From positions 2,948-66,947 of the forward strand of contig JAUQYZ020000231.1 of the NCBI GenBank assembly GCA_030587475.2: a DNA stretch of 64,000 nucleotides, read 5' to 3'. Every line of letters starts with the position of its first letter. Within the stretch, counting starts at the first letter, position 1. Made by a program: the position numbers and the translations under genes. The DNA comes from Candidatus Sigynarchaeum calidifontis. GTDB taxonomy: Archaea > Asgardarchaeota > Lokiarchaeia > Sigyniarchaeales > Sigyniarchaeaceae. The notes under the pieces are model-generated. The model saw only the letters and a program-made list of their open reading frames with translations, was not told the DNA's origin and did not search any database. This document shows positions 63,225 to 64,000 of this stretch, one piece after another.

Positions 63225-64000
63225 ATGACGACGGACACCATGCTTGAAACAAAAGGCAAGAAACAACGATTCTTGCTGGCGCGCTTGTTTCCGTTCATGC
63301 GAGTTCACCTGGGAAAGTACGTGAGCTTGCTCGTCTTGTCGGTCATGACGTCGATTATCGGTATTCTCCCGGCCCTTTTTCTGCAAGTTGCCATCGACGC
63401 CGTGACCGTTTCCCACGACATGTCAGTCATAACGGTTATCATCTGGCTCATGATCTTGTACGGGGTAATGGGCGGGCTTCTTGGTTTTGTCAACACTTAT
63501 TTGCGGGAATTTCTGGGTAATAAAATCGTCATGGACATGCGCATAAAACTATATTCCCACGTGAACGAGCTGTCATTTTCTTTTTTCGATAAAACACGAA
63601 CAGGCGACGTCATGGCACGCGTGATGCAAGATGTTCAAATGCTCCAGGCCTACATGACGATGGGCGTCATCACCCTCGTCACGAACACGGCCACGCTGGT
63701 GGGAGTGGTCGCGATCCTTTTCTCGTGGAACCCGATCATCGGCTCGATCTTTTTGATAGATATTCCGTTCATCTTGATCGGGATGCGATCTTTCTCGAAA
63801 CGGGTCGCCCCTGCCAACGCCCGCCTCCGGAAGGCGAACGGGATCATCTCAGCATCGATCCAGGATTGCTTGAACGGCATCCGAGAGGTCAAGCTGTACG
63901 GCAGGGAGGAGTTCATGCTCGGCGTGTTCGACAAGTGGAACGACGAGTATTTTAACTCCGTGATCGACTCGAACAAGCAGCACGCGTTCTGGATGCCGTA
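63225..64000 (+). CDS. ABC exporter, fused TMD-NBD type (MsbA-like), N-terminal part only
   Basis: My own translation from ATG 63225 is open to the window end: LARLFPFMRVHLGKYV..., FFDKTRTGDVMARVMQDVQMLQ, GIREVKLYGREEF. Not in the ORF track because there is no stop in the window. Confidence 0.8.
   Translation, partial: MTTDTMLETKGKKQRFLLARLFPFMRVHLGKYVSLLVLSVMTSIIGILPALFLQVAIDAVTVSHDMSVITVIIWLMILYGVMGGLLGFVNTYLREFLGNKIVMDMRIKLYSHVNELSFSFFDKTRTGDVMARVMQDVQMLQAYMTMGVITLVTNTATLVGVVAILFSWNPIIGSIFLIDIPFILIGMRSFSKRVAPANARLRKANGIISASIQDCLNGIREVKLYGREEFMLGVFDKWNDEYFNSVIDSNKQHAFWMP

Noticed and set aside
1-64000. Window-wide look for CRISPR arrays, rRNA, tRNA, IS or transposase, integrase, and toxin-antitoxin or defence-island signatures.
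   Set aside because: I noticed no regularly spaced direct repeats, no T-loop or anticodon-stem-compatible segments, and no transposase or integrase motifs in any listed ORF. Absence is by eye only and should be confirmed with tRNAscan-SE, Infernal, minCED, ISEScan and DefenseFinder.

Overview
This looks like an archaeal chromosomal segment of about 50% GC with dense coding. I call 55 CDS. I found no rRNA, tRNA, CRISPR array or transposase by eye. The archaeal assignment rests on topoisomerase VI (top6B and top6A), PurP, archaeal-type ThrRS and ProRS, SepRS, RibL with a CTP-dependent riboflavin kinase, TATA-like boxes 25-55 nt upstream of starts, and oligo-T terminators. Housekeeping genes (thrS, sepS, proS, grpE, pheA, sufCB, purP) are mixed with sugar and glycan genes. 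These include GH38 alpha-mannosidase, GH36 alpha-galactosidase, a PfkB kinase, SIS and TIM-barrel isomerases, GT4, and two MDR dehydrogenases. There are also transporters (two MFS, two ABC systems). Several genes resemble eukaryotic signature proteins: a Rab/Ras-like small GTPase, two longin/roadblock-like proteins, translin, a polyproline-rich protein, and Lys-rich appendages on core enzymes. Together they suggest an Asgard-type (possibly Thorarchaeia-like) origin, which is inference only. The best candidates for something undescribed are three. First, the small GTPase next to a 387-aa protein that reads as three RWD/UBC-like repeats, a zinc ribbon and an acidic tail (20638-22446). Second, a four-gene topoisomerase VI operon with a 1158-aa Top6B and two extra tightly coupled genes (5556-11692). 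Third, a zinc-ribbon, polyproline and Gln/Pro-rich protein (54171-55235). All functional calls come from motif recognition by eye. No database search was run.
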